Positions 39,679-52,871 of a DNA stretch of 64,000 bases are shown here, one piece after another. Each line of letters starts with the position of its first letter. The stretch's first letter is position 1. A program made the position numbers and the translations under genes. The DNA lies in assembly GCA_051294375.1 (NCBI GenBank), contig CM119263.1, forward strand, positions 14,680,421-14,744,420, in the 5' to 3' direction. Below the pieces are notes generated by a model. That model had not been told where the DNA came from, made no database searches, and saw only the letters and a program-made list of their open reading frames with translations. Source of the stretch: Paraspadella gotoi. Its lineage: Eukaryota; Animalia; Chaetognatha.

Positions 39679-40556
39679 NNNNNNNNNNNNNNNNNNNNNN
39701 NNNAGAGAGAGAGAGAGAGAGAGAAGAAAGAATGAGGGACACCACGCTTTTTCCCGCTTTAATCTCTGCTTACCACGCGCGAAACCACTTCTGAGAAATG
39801 AGACCTCTCTTCTGGTGAAATGAGTGAGAATCGTTATTTTTTTTTTTCAATAACATTAAAAAAGAAAATGGGGAGAAAAAAAAATCACATTTTATTTTCG
39901 TTTTCGCTGAAAAAGAATTTTTTGCGATACGTAAAAAGCGAGACTCAATATTGATTCTCAATTGTTAAAACTTTTTTATAAACCCTAGTTGACACTTGAG
40001 AGTACCCACTACTAACTAGACCTGGCCCTAAATCACCATAGTTTTCCTGCAAGTAGCGACGTTGGACGTTTTCTTTGCCAGATCTCAAATTTCTTGCTTA
40101 ATGAGCGAATTGTCCAACCGAGCGAAAATGAAGCTATTGTTGCCTCTCTCTCTCTCTCTCTCTCTCCCTATTCTGTAGCTGGATAAATAAAAATCAAAAA
40201 TGGATACAGAAAAGGAAACTAGAATTTGCACTTTGCTATCGTTAAAGGGAAAGGAAAGCTCAACAGGTAAGTAAAATTGGAAAAAGACGTCATTTTCTCT
40301 TCCACGTTTTTTTCTAACTCGTTTTCAACTGCTTTTTCGAATCATTAGAGTTAGAAGCGAAATTCAAAAAACCGCAGAAAATGTTTGAAAACCAAAAAAG
40401 GGTAAAAAAAAAACCACACAAACAAACTTCAGATATTAGATTTCGACCATTACGACCGTTTTGATATCCTAAAAAGTCTTAAAAAGTCTTAAAAAGCCCA
40501 ATTATTCTGTAATGTAGAATGAAAAACTACACGAGAGTACATTTCATCTTTTGCAG

Positions 40557-40670
40557 GTGGGGTTCGTTCTCGCGGCGGTGGAAGCGATGCACAAAAAACG
40601 CAATGTCGACATCTGGCTCCGCAATTCACAGATGTCAATGGCCATGTCCGAAAAATCTCTCATTTCTAAG
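40557..40670 (+). CDS. Claudin 1 exon 4: end of TM4 and proximal tail
   Basis: TTTTGCAG acceptor, phase 0: VGFVLAAVEAMHKKRNVDIWLRNSQMSMAMSEKSLISK. Donor AAG|GTTGGT; read-through would add VGKG* and end at 40685. Confidence 0.75.
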
Positions 40671-40807
40671 GTTGGTAAAGGATAATTGAACTATGACTTT
40701 GAGTACATAATACATACTGATCCGTGTTGATTACGAGGAAAATTAAATATTTCCTTGTCGAAAATCGATAATTAAAGAGATGATACTTAAGTGTCGAACT
40801 AAAAAAG

Positions 40808-41017
40808 AAAAAGATGTTTTATGGCCACCATGTGTGAGGCATCTCCTGACAGCTGGCGCTCAGGGCTTTGGACCTGCAGTGACCACCCCATGTCACTGGC
40901 GTGTTTATGCCAAGACCATCACACTTAACCAGCGTGACCGTGAGAGGATTGAACACGGAACTCACGGTTGTTTAAGCCAATGAGACGAGCTAAGTATCAC
41001 CAAGCTATACGGGAGGC
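40808..41017 (-). mobile_element. tRNA-derived SINE-like / Pol III unit, family B, antisense in claudin-1 intron 4
   Basis: Minus strand: A-box-like TAGCTTGGTG (41007-40998), B box GTTCAATCC (40954-40946), the ribozyme, then T5/T6 runs at 40812-40801. Only one copy in this window. Confidence 0.6.
40852..40933 (-). ncRNA. Twister self-cleaving ribozyme, type P5
   Basis: 5'-GCUGGU uaa GUGU GA UGG ucuuggca UAA ACAC GC CAGUGAC auggggug GUCACUG CAGG UCCAAAGC CCUG agc GCCAGC-3'. P5, P2, P3, P4, loop U-NNN-AAGC, T1 (CCA/UGG), T2 (GC/GC), the conserved GA and the U^AA site are all present. Confidence 0.85.
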
Positions 41018-41269
41018 TAATTTAGGATTCGCCACAGTTTCTTCAATCAGTGACTACAATTTTTTGTCTTTTTTTTTTTTGTGATTAAACTTTCTTAAAA
41101 ATCCAAGGAAAATTCCCATTGTGATAAAAGGGCAGCGACCGAAGACTTAGAATTTGAGTCGTGATTTTCCATTCGCCTTTGCCCACTCGTTAAATCTATT
41201 CATTTTTCTAATTTTCTTTTCTCCCCTCCCCCTCGCTCCTCCCTCCCTCCTTCCGCTCCAACTCTGCAG

Positions 41270-41512
41270 AGCGGCAAGAGCGCGACGCCGTCCGTCATTT
41301 CCGGCGCGCCCTCTCAACCCCCGGCGTATTCCGCGTCCCGCCCGGCGTCGGAAGCGTCCCATCCGGCGTCGGAAGCGTCTCATATGCCGCCGGAGCGGAA
41401 AATCTCCGGCGCCTCGCAGCCGTCGCTGGCGCCGTCGAACGGGCGGCCCGCCGGGGGCATTCGGTCTTCCATGGGCAAGGCGATGAGCAGAAGCAACAAA
41501 CGTCGATACTGA
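41270..41512 (+). CDS. Claudin 1 exon 5 (terminal): long low-complexity cytoplasmic tail
   Basis: Long pyrimidine tract plus CTGCAG acceptor, phase 0: SGKSATPSVISGAPSQPPAYSASRPASEASHPASEASHMPPERKISGASQPSLAPSNGRPAGGIRSSMGKAMSRSNKRRY*. Confidence 0.65.
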   Translation, partial: SGKSATPSVISGAPSQPPAYSASRPASEASHPASEASHMPPERKISGASQPSLAPSNGRPAGGIRSSMGKAMSRSNKRRY

Positions 41513-44152
41513 GGAAGACGAGGTAGTCGGGCTTCTTCGATGACTCTGGCTGCTTCCTTGAGACAAGTCTCCATCGATCGTTAAAGATGGATGCTTATAT
41601 TTCAATTTTAATATGTATAAAAACATTTCTGTATGAAAATTTCGTGTGGGCGAAGAGTGTTAATCCCATGCTGACTGGATGTTTGTTTGTTATCAAATCT
41701 AGAAATATCGATAAACAGTACATTCCATAGTTCATAATATGGTTTTTTACGTAGTTGTTGTTCACCTAAAAATACTTAAATGAGAGTTTTAACCCATTCT
41801 AAGCTAACTACATTGGCCTTTGCTCTCCGTAGTTTGACTTCCAAGCTATTCTATTAACTGGAAAAGATTTCTTCCCTTCTTCGATAACTGTTTTTCGTTC
41901 ACCCTAATCCTTCTACCAACTTTCACTTCCCTTGCATCCCTAATCCCAGCTCACCATCGTCGCCTATCAGAAAATCCTCTATTTCGAGTTTAGTTCCATT
42001 TTCTCCCCTTTTTTCTCCCTCTTTTTCCATTTTTTCTCCCTTTTTTCCTTTCCAATTTTTTCAGTTCCATCTTTTCTCCTTTCCTTTGCCGTCATATTCC
42101 GCTGCCGGCTCTTTCCGCCCCAGCAACGCCATGTCCACTTTTTTTTTTAAAAATGGCGCTGCGCCAAGTGCCCCGAGCCATATGTTGGGTCGTAACGTCA
42201 CCTCCGAGCGGTTTATCTTTTTTTTCATTGGCGTAGCGCCACTGTGTCTACGCCTTTGCGTGATGGCGTAGCGCCACATCCGCCACTCACGCTCGGTGCC
42301 GCGAGGACGGTTTCCTCCATCGCCATCTTATTTTCATATCGGTGTCTAAACTCTCTCTNNNNNNNNNNNNNNNNNNNNNNNNNNNNNNNNNNNNNNNNNN
42401 NNNNNNNNNNNNNNNNNNNNNNNNNNNNNNNNNNNNNNNNNNNNNNNNNNNNNNNNNNNNNNNNNNNNNNNNNNNNNNNNNNNNNNNNNNNNNNNNNNNN
42501 NNNNNNNNNNNNNNNNNNNNNNNNNNNNNNNNNNNNNNNNNNNNNNNNNNNNNNNNNNNNNNNNNNNNNNNNNNNNNNNNNNNNNNNNNNNNNNNNNNNN
42601 NNNNNNNNNNNNNNNNNNNNNNNNNNNNNNNNNNNNNNNNNNNNNNNNNNNNNNNNNNNNNNNNNNNNNNNNNNNNNNNNNNNNNNNNNNNNNNNNNNNN
42701 NNNNNNNNNNNNNNNNNNNNNNNNNNNNNNNNNNNNNNNNNNNNNNNNNNNNNNNNNNNNNNNNNNNNNNNNNNNNNNNNNNNNNNNNNNNNNNNNNNNN
42801 NNNNNNNNNNNNNNNNNNNNNNNNNNNNNNNNNNNNNNNNNNNNNNNNNNNNNNNNNNNNNNNNNNNNNNNNNNNNNNNNNGAGAGAGAGAAAAGGAGGG
42901 GGGCTTCGCCTGTTCCGCTCTGCTAAATTTAGTTTCACAGTAAATCCTAAAAAATGCTGAAAAATTCAATCCTAGGAAGGCCTTATTGCTTTCGTTTATG
43001 CACGGACTCAAAATCATCCGATTTTAGATCTCGACCTATAAAATCCGAATTCGCAGAAGTTCACCCTGCTTATCGCAGTGTAGAAAATGTTTATTATTTT
43101 CTATGCCACGAGTCACAAAATCTTTCACGCAGTCAATTTCAGATCACAGCTATCGCATGTTCAGTGTACAGTGTACATTGTACACAGCGATCGAAAATGC
43201 GACATAAACAAAACGCAACGAACGAATTTGTTTAATTAAGATTTCAAATTCCAGGAAAAAAAACCTAAATTTGTCGAAATCGCTTTCCATTTGGAATCAC
43301 TGAGTCGGAATCAAGAGTCTGTCTGGCAAGATCGACCTTTTAGTATTTGAAGATTCGCGGTAAAAAAATTATTCACACATTCGCGTCCCTCTTGTGGATG
43401 AAATGGAAACAACCTGCAACAAATGAGCTTAATTATTATTAAATTGTTACTTTTTTACTGTTGTTGTTGTAGTACGTGATGGTTGTTTAAAGAGAAATCG
43501 AATGGAATCGACTAATTTATGACTTCGTATCCATATTATGATTCCTCTATGGTTTTCAAACGCGAATCTCAAAGTCGTTGACGTCCGTTTGGTCACATTG
43601 AATTCTCGTGAAATCGGGGAAAACAACGACGCCGTGACGCCGCGAGAGCGACGGCGCCGCCGACGGTTCCACCAACGGCGCCGGCATAAAAGTCAATAAA
43701 CATACAAAATCGATAATAAAAATCGCAATAAAAAACGGTAACGACTTTTGCGACTCCCCNNNNNNNNNNNNNNNNNNNNNNNNNNNNNNNNNNNNNNNNN
43801 NNNNNNNNNNNNNNNNNNNNNNNNNNNNNNNNNNNNNNNNNNNNNNNNNNNNNNNNNNNNNNNNNNNNNNNNNNNNNNNNNNNNNNNNNNNNNNNNNNNN
43901 NNNNNNNNNNNNNNNNNNNNNNNNNNNNNNNNNNNNNNNNNNNNNNNNNNNNNNNNNNNNNNNNNNNNNNNNNNNNNNNNNNNNNNNNNNNNNNNNNNNN
44001 NNNNNNNNNNNNNNNNNNNNNNNNNNNNNNNNNNNNNNNNNNNNNNNNNNNNNNNNNNNNNNNNNNNNNNNNNNNNNNNNNNNNNNNNNNNNNNNNNNNN
44101 NNNNNNNNNNNNNNNNNNNNNNNNNNNNNNNNNNNNNNNNNNNNNNNNNNNN

Positions 44153-44841
44153 TTTTTTTAGATTCTTCGCTTCGGTGGAGACTGTTGCATCTGCTGTCAC
44201 CGGGTTGCATCTGTCGCACCTGAAGTTGAAGTTGCTGCTTCGGTGATTTCGCTTTTTTTCTTTTTCTTCTTCTTCTTGTTTGTCGTCGTTGTCGTCGTCG
44301 CGTCTTGTTGATTCGACGGAAGGTGGTTAATCCCTTCGCGAATCAACTTTCGCTTCGGGAGGAATCGCTAAGGTTTCTCCTGATTCACTGTTTCTTTATT
44401 ATTTGTTGATAAAGTTATAAGTGACACTCCCATCAAACGTCTCTCTCTCTCTCTCNNNNNNNNNNNNNNNNNNNNNNNNNNNNNNNNNNNNNNNNNNNNN
44501 NNNNNNNNNNNNNNNNNNNNNNNNNNNNNNNNNNNNNNNNNNNNNNNNNNNNNNNNNNNNNNNNNNNNNNNNNNNNNNNNNNNNNNNNNNNNNNNNNNNN
44601 NNNNNNNNNNNNNNNNNNNNNNNNNNNNNNNNNNNNNNNNNNNNNNNNNNNNNNNNNNNNNNNNNNNNNNNNNNNNNNNNNNNNNNNNNNNNNNNNNNNN
44701 NNNNNNNNNNNNNNNNNNNNNNNNNNNNNNNNNNNNNNNNNNNCTGTCCAATATTTCGTAGTTCATATCCCGTTTGATATTTTTGTTGTCTTCATATTAT
44801 CCATTCTACATTACTTCTCGTTTTTTTGTCGATTCGACCGA

Positions 44842-44881
<40 letters not shown>

Positions 44882-46330
44882 GGGGAACGCCCGCAAGGAG
44901 AATAAAGGGCCCAAAACATGAAGCGGCGCCGCGAACCACTTAGACAAAAAATTGAAGGGGGTAATAATTATATGCCAACACAGTGCGGGCGCCGACGCAG
45001 TGGCGATATATGATATTATATAAGTCAAACAATTAAACATACCAAAATCGATAATTAAAACAAAATCGCAATAAAAAATTTGAGAAATGATGGGTTTTTA
45101 ACCACGACTTTGGGCGGACTTTTCCCCTGGTGTTGGACGGATACGATTCGCGACAGAAGAGGCATCCGGAATCCGATATGGGGATTACTTAAATTCTAGA
45201 AACATAGGGGCATACACATCAATGAAGACGAATCTGAAGACGAAATCGGAAAGATGAGAGAGTAAATGAGCGTGAGAACGAAAGAGTATTGGGAGAGCGA
45301 AGAGGGTTAGAAGGAAAGTGGAGAGGAAGAGAGCGAGAGAGGTAGAGACACGAAAGACGGAGTTACCGGACGAGGAGCGGAAGAGGGACATAAAGAACGA
45401 GAGGAGAGGAGTGAGAGAGAGACGAGAAAGAGAGATACGAGAGAGAGAGATAGCAGAGAGAAACAGTTGATAGAAAAGAGGTAACAGAGGAAAAATACTG
45501 AAAAAGCAGATAGGTGTGAGCGGGGTGAGAATTGTTTAAAGACTTTAAAAAAAAAAAAGAGGTGATTAGCCGAACGTTTGCTCCTTACTTCAAACATTTC
45601 GCCCTTTCTTTTTTTTTATTTTTTTTTTTTAGACTTCTTCATTCGCATTCGGTGGAAAACTCAGTTTGTTGCACAGTGCGATCTGCTGTCACCGTTTGCA
45701 TTCTGTCATACGCCACCTGAAGATATGAAGTTGCTGCTATAATACTGTCCAGAGTTATTTCGCTTTTTTCTTTTTTTTCTTTTTTCTTGTTCTTTTCTTG
45801 TTGTGTCTTAGTGCTGTCGTCGATCGCGTCATTGTTGATTGACCTCGGAAAGATGCGGTAATCCTTCTGCGATAAATACAACTTTTCGCATTCGCGCAGC
45901 GGGAGAAGCCGCTTAAGGCTTTTTTTCACTCCTGAATTCACCTGTTCTTAATTGATTTTGAGATAAAAGTTATTAAGTGACACTACCCATACAAACCGTT
46001 CTGCCTACTCTCTTCATCCTTCATCCTCCTCTCCTCTCTTTCTCTCTCTCTCTCTCCTTAGCTTCGTCTTCTCTCTCTCTCATCTCTCATCTACGATGGG
46101 TTTCTGCTCTTGGTAGAGTTGGCGTAAATTCGGATAAAAAATGGAACGAAGATACAAGGAAATTTACTATATTTCGTTATTTACGTATTTTCCACAATTA
46201 CTTGTCCAATATTTTCGTATAGTTCATCCCGTTATGATTATTTTTTGTTGTCTTCCATATTATGCCATTTCATACGTTTATACTTCTCGTGTTTTTATTG
46301 TCGATTGCGTAACACAATACTTCGATACTG
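44153..46330. repeat. Noisy direct duplication (about 44153-44850 vs 45625-46330)
   Basis: Collinear matches such as CTGCTGTCACCG..TGAAGTTGCTGCT, GATAAAGTTATAAGTGACACT and TGTCCAATATTT..GTAGTTCAT, with many insertions in the second copy. Confidence 0.7.
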
Positions 46331-47091
46331 TCTCTCTCTCTCTCCTCTCTCTCCTCTCTCTCTCTCGCTCCTCATCATCTCATCTCTCTTCTTTCTCTCT
46401 CGTCTTTCATCTTCTCCGTGTGCTCCCTCTAACTCTCTCTATGCTTACTACTCTTCTCTCTTTCTCCTCTCTAANNNNNNNNNNNNNNNNNNNNNNNNNC
46501 TCTCTCTCTCTCTCTCTCTCTCTCTTCCTTTCCTTATCTGGCTCTCCTCCTCTCCTTCTTTCTCTCAGATCGTCTCTGTCTCTATCTCTGCCGAGTTGGC
46601 CGGATTTAACAGTTGATCTACGCCGACGTCTTTCCATTTCCGGTCTTCGGTTTCGGGCGGTGAATTTGAGCGGAACGAAACTCATATTCTGGGCTTTGGG
46701 TTCGAGCGAGGACGCGAAAATAAACTCTACTTAAATTCAGTGCGCGAATGTTTTTCCTATTATTCTTTTTTTACCGGTTTTCTTCGAGGTCTTTCTTCAT
46801 TGGACCATTTTCATTTTTCCATTCGCCTCCACCTTCACAATCCCATCGTTTATCGGTTTCCAAGAGACTCTCCCACTTTGTGTCCCTTTTATCCAACTTC
46901 TTTTCCTCGTCCTCACCATCGTTTCTTCTTGTCCTGAACGTCAATCCCACTTGTCCGCGTTTCTCTATCATCTATTTCCTTTTTTTTCCTTATTTTTTTT
47001 TCCCTTTTTACTCCTGTTCTTTTCTTTCCGTCGCCTTGCCTCTCTGTCGTTCATCTCCTTTTTCTTTCTTTTTTGCCTCCAAAGACTTTTT

Positions 47092-47174
<83 letters not shown>

Positions 47175-47588
47175 TCCACCCTTTCAATCCCCATCGTATC
47201 GACATGTGCTAACCTCTTTTCTCTTCCTCGCTAACTTTCCGTTTTTTTCCTCACCTTACCCCAGGACGAAAAAATAAATTCCCTCTTCTCCTTCTCTTTA
47301 ACTTACTTCTCTCGATTTCCTGGGATTCGGATGGTGAGCTTCTCGCCCACCTCTCACCCCCTCCCGTCCCCATTATCCCCTCTCCGCCTCCGCCCCCCAC
47401 CAGCTTTTCACCCATAGACCCAAGGCCCAGGTTGGTCCCTCCATTCTTCGTCTCATTGCAGAAGCAATTTCCTTTTTGCTCTTTTCTTCTCTCAATCCTC
47501 GCGTGCTTTCGACACTACGCGTTCTCTGCCGGATAACCAAAATATTAAAGGGTGAGAGAGAGAGAGAGATGAGGAAGAGAGGAGAGAG

Positions 47589-47624
<36 letters not shown>

Positions 47625-48038
47625 AAAGAGGAGAGAGAGAGAGGAGAGAGAGAGAGGAGAGAAAAGAGAGGAGAGAAAGGGAGAGTATAAATAAATATAA
47701 TTAGGCAAAGTTATAAATTGGCAGTAGAAGTAAGTGTTTTGGCCGAGAGAAATAAAAATAAGGTAAAAAGAAGAAGTGAAATAAAGGGTGATAGAAAAGA
47801 TATGAGATTTAAAAGAATAATGATTATTAGCAAAACCACAATAACAAAGTCGAGAGAAAGAACTATCAAAGGGAATAAATAAAATGAAAAGAAAAAAAAA
47901 CATGACCTCAAAGAAAGGAAATCTTCGGCTGAGCGATAAAGAAGTGAAAAAAAATTAAAACTCCTTTTTTTCTCTAATTGATTTGTTGTAGTGAGGCTTA
48001 AGTTAATTGTGCTNNNNNNNNNNNNNNNNNNNNNNNNN

Positions 48039-48072
<34 letters not shown>

Positions 48073-48597
48073 AATAAATAAATAATAGCAAAATATAATT
48101 GCAGTAAAAGTTTGCCGAGAATAAAAGGAAAAAGAAAAGGAAAAAAGGGAAGAAAAATGAGATTTAAAAGAAATTTACAAAACACAAAGTCGAAGAAAAT
48201 GAAAAACTAAAAGGAAATCTGAGCGAAAGAGAGAGAGGGAGGAGGAGAAGAGCAGAAGAGAGAGAAGGAGAGAGACGAGAGAGAGCTGCAGCTTTGTATG
48301 GGTATACGCGACACGTAACGCTGCGCCGCTGTGGGCAGACTTGCTGTCTGTGACGGCTAGAGGTCGNNNNNNNNNNNNNNNNNNNNNNNNNNNNNNNNNN
48401 NNNNNNNNNNNNNNNNNNNNNNNNNNNNNNNNNNNNNNNNNNNNNNNNNNNNNNNNNNNNNNNNNNNNNNNNCAGAATCTTTGCTGCCGATTTGTGACTC
48501 GATCGTGGCGCTCCTGCGGTGGCGCGGCGCAATAAAGGCTTCGGTCTTCGCTTTCGCTTCGACAGTGGGAGGGCCTTTGACGCTTGACGTTCGCGGT

Positions 48598-49122
48598 TTA
48601 GCAGTTAGTGAGATTGCGAGGAAAGGAGTGGCCGGCGAGCGACTGGAAAGGGGGCGTGGCAGTAGCGCGACGTGAGGGGGAAGGGAACGACGAAGTGAAA
48701 GAGGCGTCGGTAAATGGCGTCGCTCGTTTCTTTGTTGCGTTTCCCGGCGCGATGGCCGTTTGAGGCGCCGGATGAGGGCGTTGTTTCTTCTCGGCGCAGG
48801 CGGCGTCAACGAAAAACTTAGTGGAACTCGCCGGATATTTATGGCGTCGAGGTTTTTTTTTCGACGCCGGGGCGATTCGCGAGGTTTCGCGTCGATAGAT
48901 GGCGCCGCAAATGTGGATCGTTCGTCGAGTGGAAAGAGTCGGTCCAGTTTTTAGACGCTTAAACCAAATTGACCCTTTTCCACTGATGGAAACTCTTCTT
49001 TCTGGTCCCATTTTTGGCGGTTCCTCGTCTGGCACCTTCTCATTTTTGGCATAAAGAACCTGCTCGAGTTTTGGCCTTAATTCGTCGTCGCTGACTTCCT
49101 TTTTCGTCCTATGCCTCTTCAT
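48598..49122 (-). CDS. Candidate coding exon/ORF of unknown function (174 aa)
   Basis: ATG-initiated non-microsatellite ORF MKRHRTKKEVSDDELRPKLEQVLYAKNEKVPDEEPPKMGPERR... No recognisable domain. Confidence 0.25.
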   Translation of the reverse strand: MKRHRTKKEVSDDELRPKLEQVLYAKNEKVPDEEPPKMGPERRVSISGKGSIWFKRLKTGPTLSTRRTIHICGAIYRRETSRIAPASKKKPRRHKYPASSTKFFVDAACAEKKQRPHPAPQTAIAPGNATKKRATPFTDASFTSSFPSPSRRATATPPFQSLAGHSFPRNLTNC

Positions 49123-49130
49123 GATTGGGC

Positions 49131-49181
49131 CTTATCCGATCGCCTTATCCGATCGCCTTATCCGATCGCCTTATCCGATCG
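49131..49181. repeat. 13-bp tandem repeat (CTTATCCGATCGC) x4
   Basis: Directly visible just upstream of the minus-strand ORF start. Confidence 0.85.
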
Positions 49182-49824
49182 GCCCACACTTAAACTGACT
49201 CCCGCCCCTTTTCTCACCCAAATTCGATTGTTCGATGGTCCGCGTGTGGAGTCGCTAAAGACAACGAAGAAGAGAAGCGCCTCTTTTCAGGCGCCATCTT
49301 TGACGCGGCGTGGCGTCTGTTGGCGCGAAAAACAGAGATTGTTTTTTTTTAACCATGAAATACGAGATCTAAACGCGATCATGGATGCATCAATGGTTTT
49401 TTTTTTTAAGTATTGTTTTAAAATGATACGGTCTTAAGGTCCCTTTGTTTCATCTCTGTCACTGTGTTCATTATTAGCTATTAGTTTTCCAAATTTGCTT
49501 CAAAAAAGTCTTGCGACCTCCTTCAAATTGTCGTCACGTGCTTCGATTGCTTCGATCATCCTCGATTTTTTTTTACGCCACTTTAAACTTTTTTTGGGGT
49601 AACATTGACGCAGCTTTGACGCAGTTCTCTCAGGGTCACGTGGCGTTTCCGTCGAAGAAACTGGAAATTCGGAAACAATTCGGGACGAACGAGTCTCCGG
49701 AGGCGCGAGGAGGAAGAACAGAATGAAATTGTCTGCAATTGCTGAAAGAGAAAAGGAAAAAAAGAAGGAAAGAAGGGAGGAAAGAAAAGAGGAAAAGTAA
49801 TTGAATTTTCTGATTCACGATGCA

Positions 49825-49881
<57 letters not shown>

Positions 49882-50849
49882 TTTCTCCTTTTCTTTCCCT
49901 TTCCCTTTCCCCTTTCCTCTCTGGTTAGCAAAACTTGATTTTCCATCCATTTCAATACGTTTTCGATACCGTTGCTTGTCATAATATTATTTAATTGATT
50001 CTAATTATAACTCTGATTACATTCGCATTCGATATCTTGTGAACTTTGTACTTTAACGAACAAAAGAAATAAAAACAAAACAATTGAAATTTTAAATTTT
50101 TTAAATTAAATTTAGGTTAAATTTTATTCAAACTGATATACGAATTCCAAGTCAAAATATAATAAACAAAAATATGTATATATAATTAACCAAATCTTGT
50201 CTTGTTAACGTACTTTGCACTCAAGAGCTTCAGTATTTTCTCGAATGTAATCATTTCGTTTATTTTTTTGATACTTTGATACTTAATGAACTATTTTTTA
50301 AAACGTACTTGTTACATTTTACTTGCACTCTGTATATGTACATGGTTCATGATTATGTTTTTTAGCTTTCCATTGTACAATAAAGTGTTCAATGTATATA
50401 TAATGTAAATGGTTCCTTGGCTGTTTGTCTCATGTTACGTGAATATACGATATTTTTGAAGAAAAAAAATGTTTTTGTTCGAAAAAGTTGCTGATTACAC
50501 ATCATTGCTTTTCGGTGAAGTTCTTTCTCTCGCCTCTCTTCATCTCTCATCTCTCTCTGATCTCTCTGCCTCTCTCGGATCTGCTCTTCTCTCGTCTCTC
50601 TCTCTTCTCTTTTCCCCGCATCCTCTCATTATTTAAAAATTAGATTTCGTTCGATAAACCTAAAGAAAAAAAAGTTTAATTTCCTTTTTTTCCTCTTTTT
50701 TACTTTTTTTCTTTTTATTCTTATCGACGACCCGGCGATTCGAAGTCGGTTAAGACCTAAGCGAGCGCGAGAGACTGAGAGAATGGAGCACACCGGAGAA
50801 AGAGAGAAGAGAAGAGAGGAGAGAGAGAAGAGAGAGAGAGACGAGAGAG

Positions 50850-50881
<32 letters not shown>

Positions 50882-52742
50882 AATCAATTTAATCCAAAAA
50901 GATTAATTTGGGCAACTTTGAAATCCTTTTTCCATTTAAAGCAACTTTTTAAACCTCGCTCTCGCGAGGCGCGGGGGAGACAGAGAGAGGCTCAGCTGCC
51001 GGCGAAGAGGGAGGAACGACAAACTAAATTCAAATTCTTCGCCGCGGCGTCGGGGTGGCCGGGTTGAACAGGAGTGAATGTTCCGAGTGAACTGGAGCGA
51101 ATGGCCGTGGTGAACTGGTGCGGAAATCCGAGGTTGCTATAGAGCGAAGGGCCAAAGGAAACGAGCGTGCTGGATTGTCGGTTGGTCGGTAGTGTTAATG
51201 AAGTTGATTAAGGCTGTGAAAAATTTAACTCGACTTGATAAGGTTGGAAGAAGATCAACGAGGAGTTAAGTTTTAAAGAAGACGACTTCGACGATTGCGG
51301 GAAAAAGCGATCCTTCAATTTCGGAGGAGAGATGACAATTGACAATTTGACATGAATATGAAATGATGGAAGAGATCAGCGGACGCTTTGTTTACGTGAG
51401 TCTCCCTGGAGCTGACGGTGATTGTTCGTATCTTTGAAAGATAGTGAATATATTTTGAAATATTGGTGGTACTTTAGTTTTTGGTCACATTGAAACAAAC
51501 ACCGGTTTTCTATCGCGCCACCCAAAGCAGCCTGTCTCTCCAACGACGATCGCTCGGCTTTGCCAGGCGCCATCCTTGGCTCAGTCAGGCGCCCGAAATG
51601 GAGAGAAAAGTCGTTAGGATAATTAGAAGGGAATCGGATCAACTTGAGACGGGCCGCTCGGGTGAGGTTTGGGTGAAGAAACGTGGCGGTTTAGAAGGAA
51701 TGATAGGTGGCCGGTGAGTTAAGTTTTTTAAAGAATATCACAAGTTTTATCAATTGGGAGCTTCAGTAGAATAAAAAAGCGGTGAAAATATCTATTGATC
51801 ATTATTTTACTTCAATTATTACCATTATTAACTTTATTTTCATTTAGTTAAAAAATCAGCGGCTCTTCTTAAAAATTAAGAACCGACCCGATTTTTTTTC
51901 TTCCAAGTTTGTCAAAATTATAATATCACGTCCTCCAGAAGACGCCAAGAGACGCCATTTTCGTTTGACAGAAAATGCGCGACATTTTTTTTTGAGTTCT
52001 CAACTTCATCGCAATTGACCTGACAAAAACCGTCGAAAGAAAAAAAAAACTCGATTGAAACGGAATTCAATTTTCCATGAGTTAAAAAGGCGGAAAAATT
52101 CTGTCTAAATATTGACTAAAAATTCGTTAAAAAATTAAAGTTGGTCGACATCGAAATTTTTTTTTTCGGGCGAGAATGAAGGGAGAAATCGAAAGGCGGC
52201 GAGATTTTTTTCGGGTTAATGAAGGAATTGAAAAATTAAAAATAGAAAAGGCGACATCATTCATGCGACATCATCACGATGCTATGAGAAACGAGGAGCG
52301 CTGAACCGAAACCTTTTAAGTGTTGAAACATGTAAATTTTGAAATCAGGTCCATATTAATTTTATGCGGTCTATGCTTAAACGTGGTATCTCAGAGAAGT
52401 TGTCCCACTACTCTTTTTGTATCCTACCTTTTTCCTCAATATTTTTGTAGCCATGTACAAAAATATTTAGATGTAAGGTTATGCGCTTTAAAAATAAATC
52501 GAAGGAACGCAATGAAATGTCTCAGCTTGAATCAAGTCTCGCGATCTCGGTTCCGTTCCCCTCCGTTTTTCTTACTCTCCCTTCCGCCTATGCTAAGTTT
52601 TTCCTTATTTTCCATCACCTCTGTCATGAACCGCTCTCCTTTGCTTTCTCCTCTCTCCCCCATCTATCCGCGTCGCCTTCCCTTAGACGGTTAATCCGCG
52701 TAAAGTAGCTTATCTTGCCTCTAGGAAAACTTGACTGGCAGA

Positions 52743-52871
<129 letters not shown>

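Noticed and set aside
41147-41626. Arg-rich ORFs on both strands over 41.2-41.5 kb
   Set aside because: They are alternative frames of the GC-rich exon 5; only the S/P/A frame fits the splice phase.
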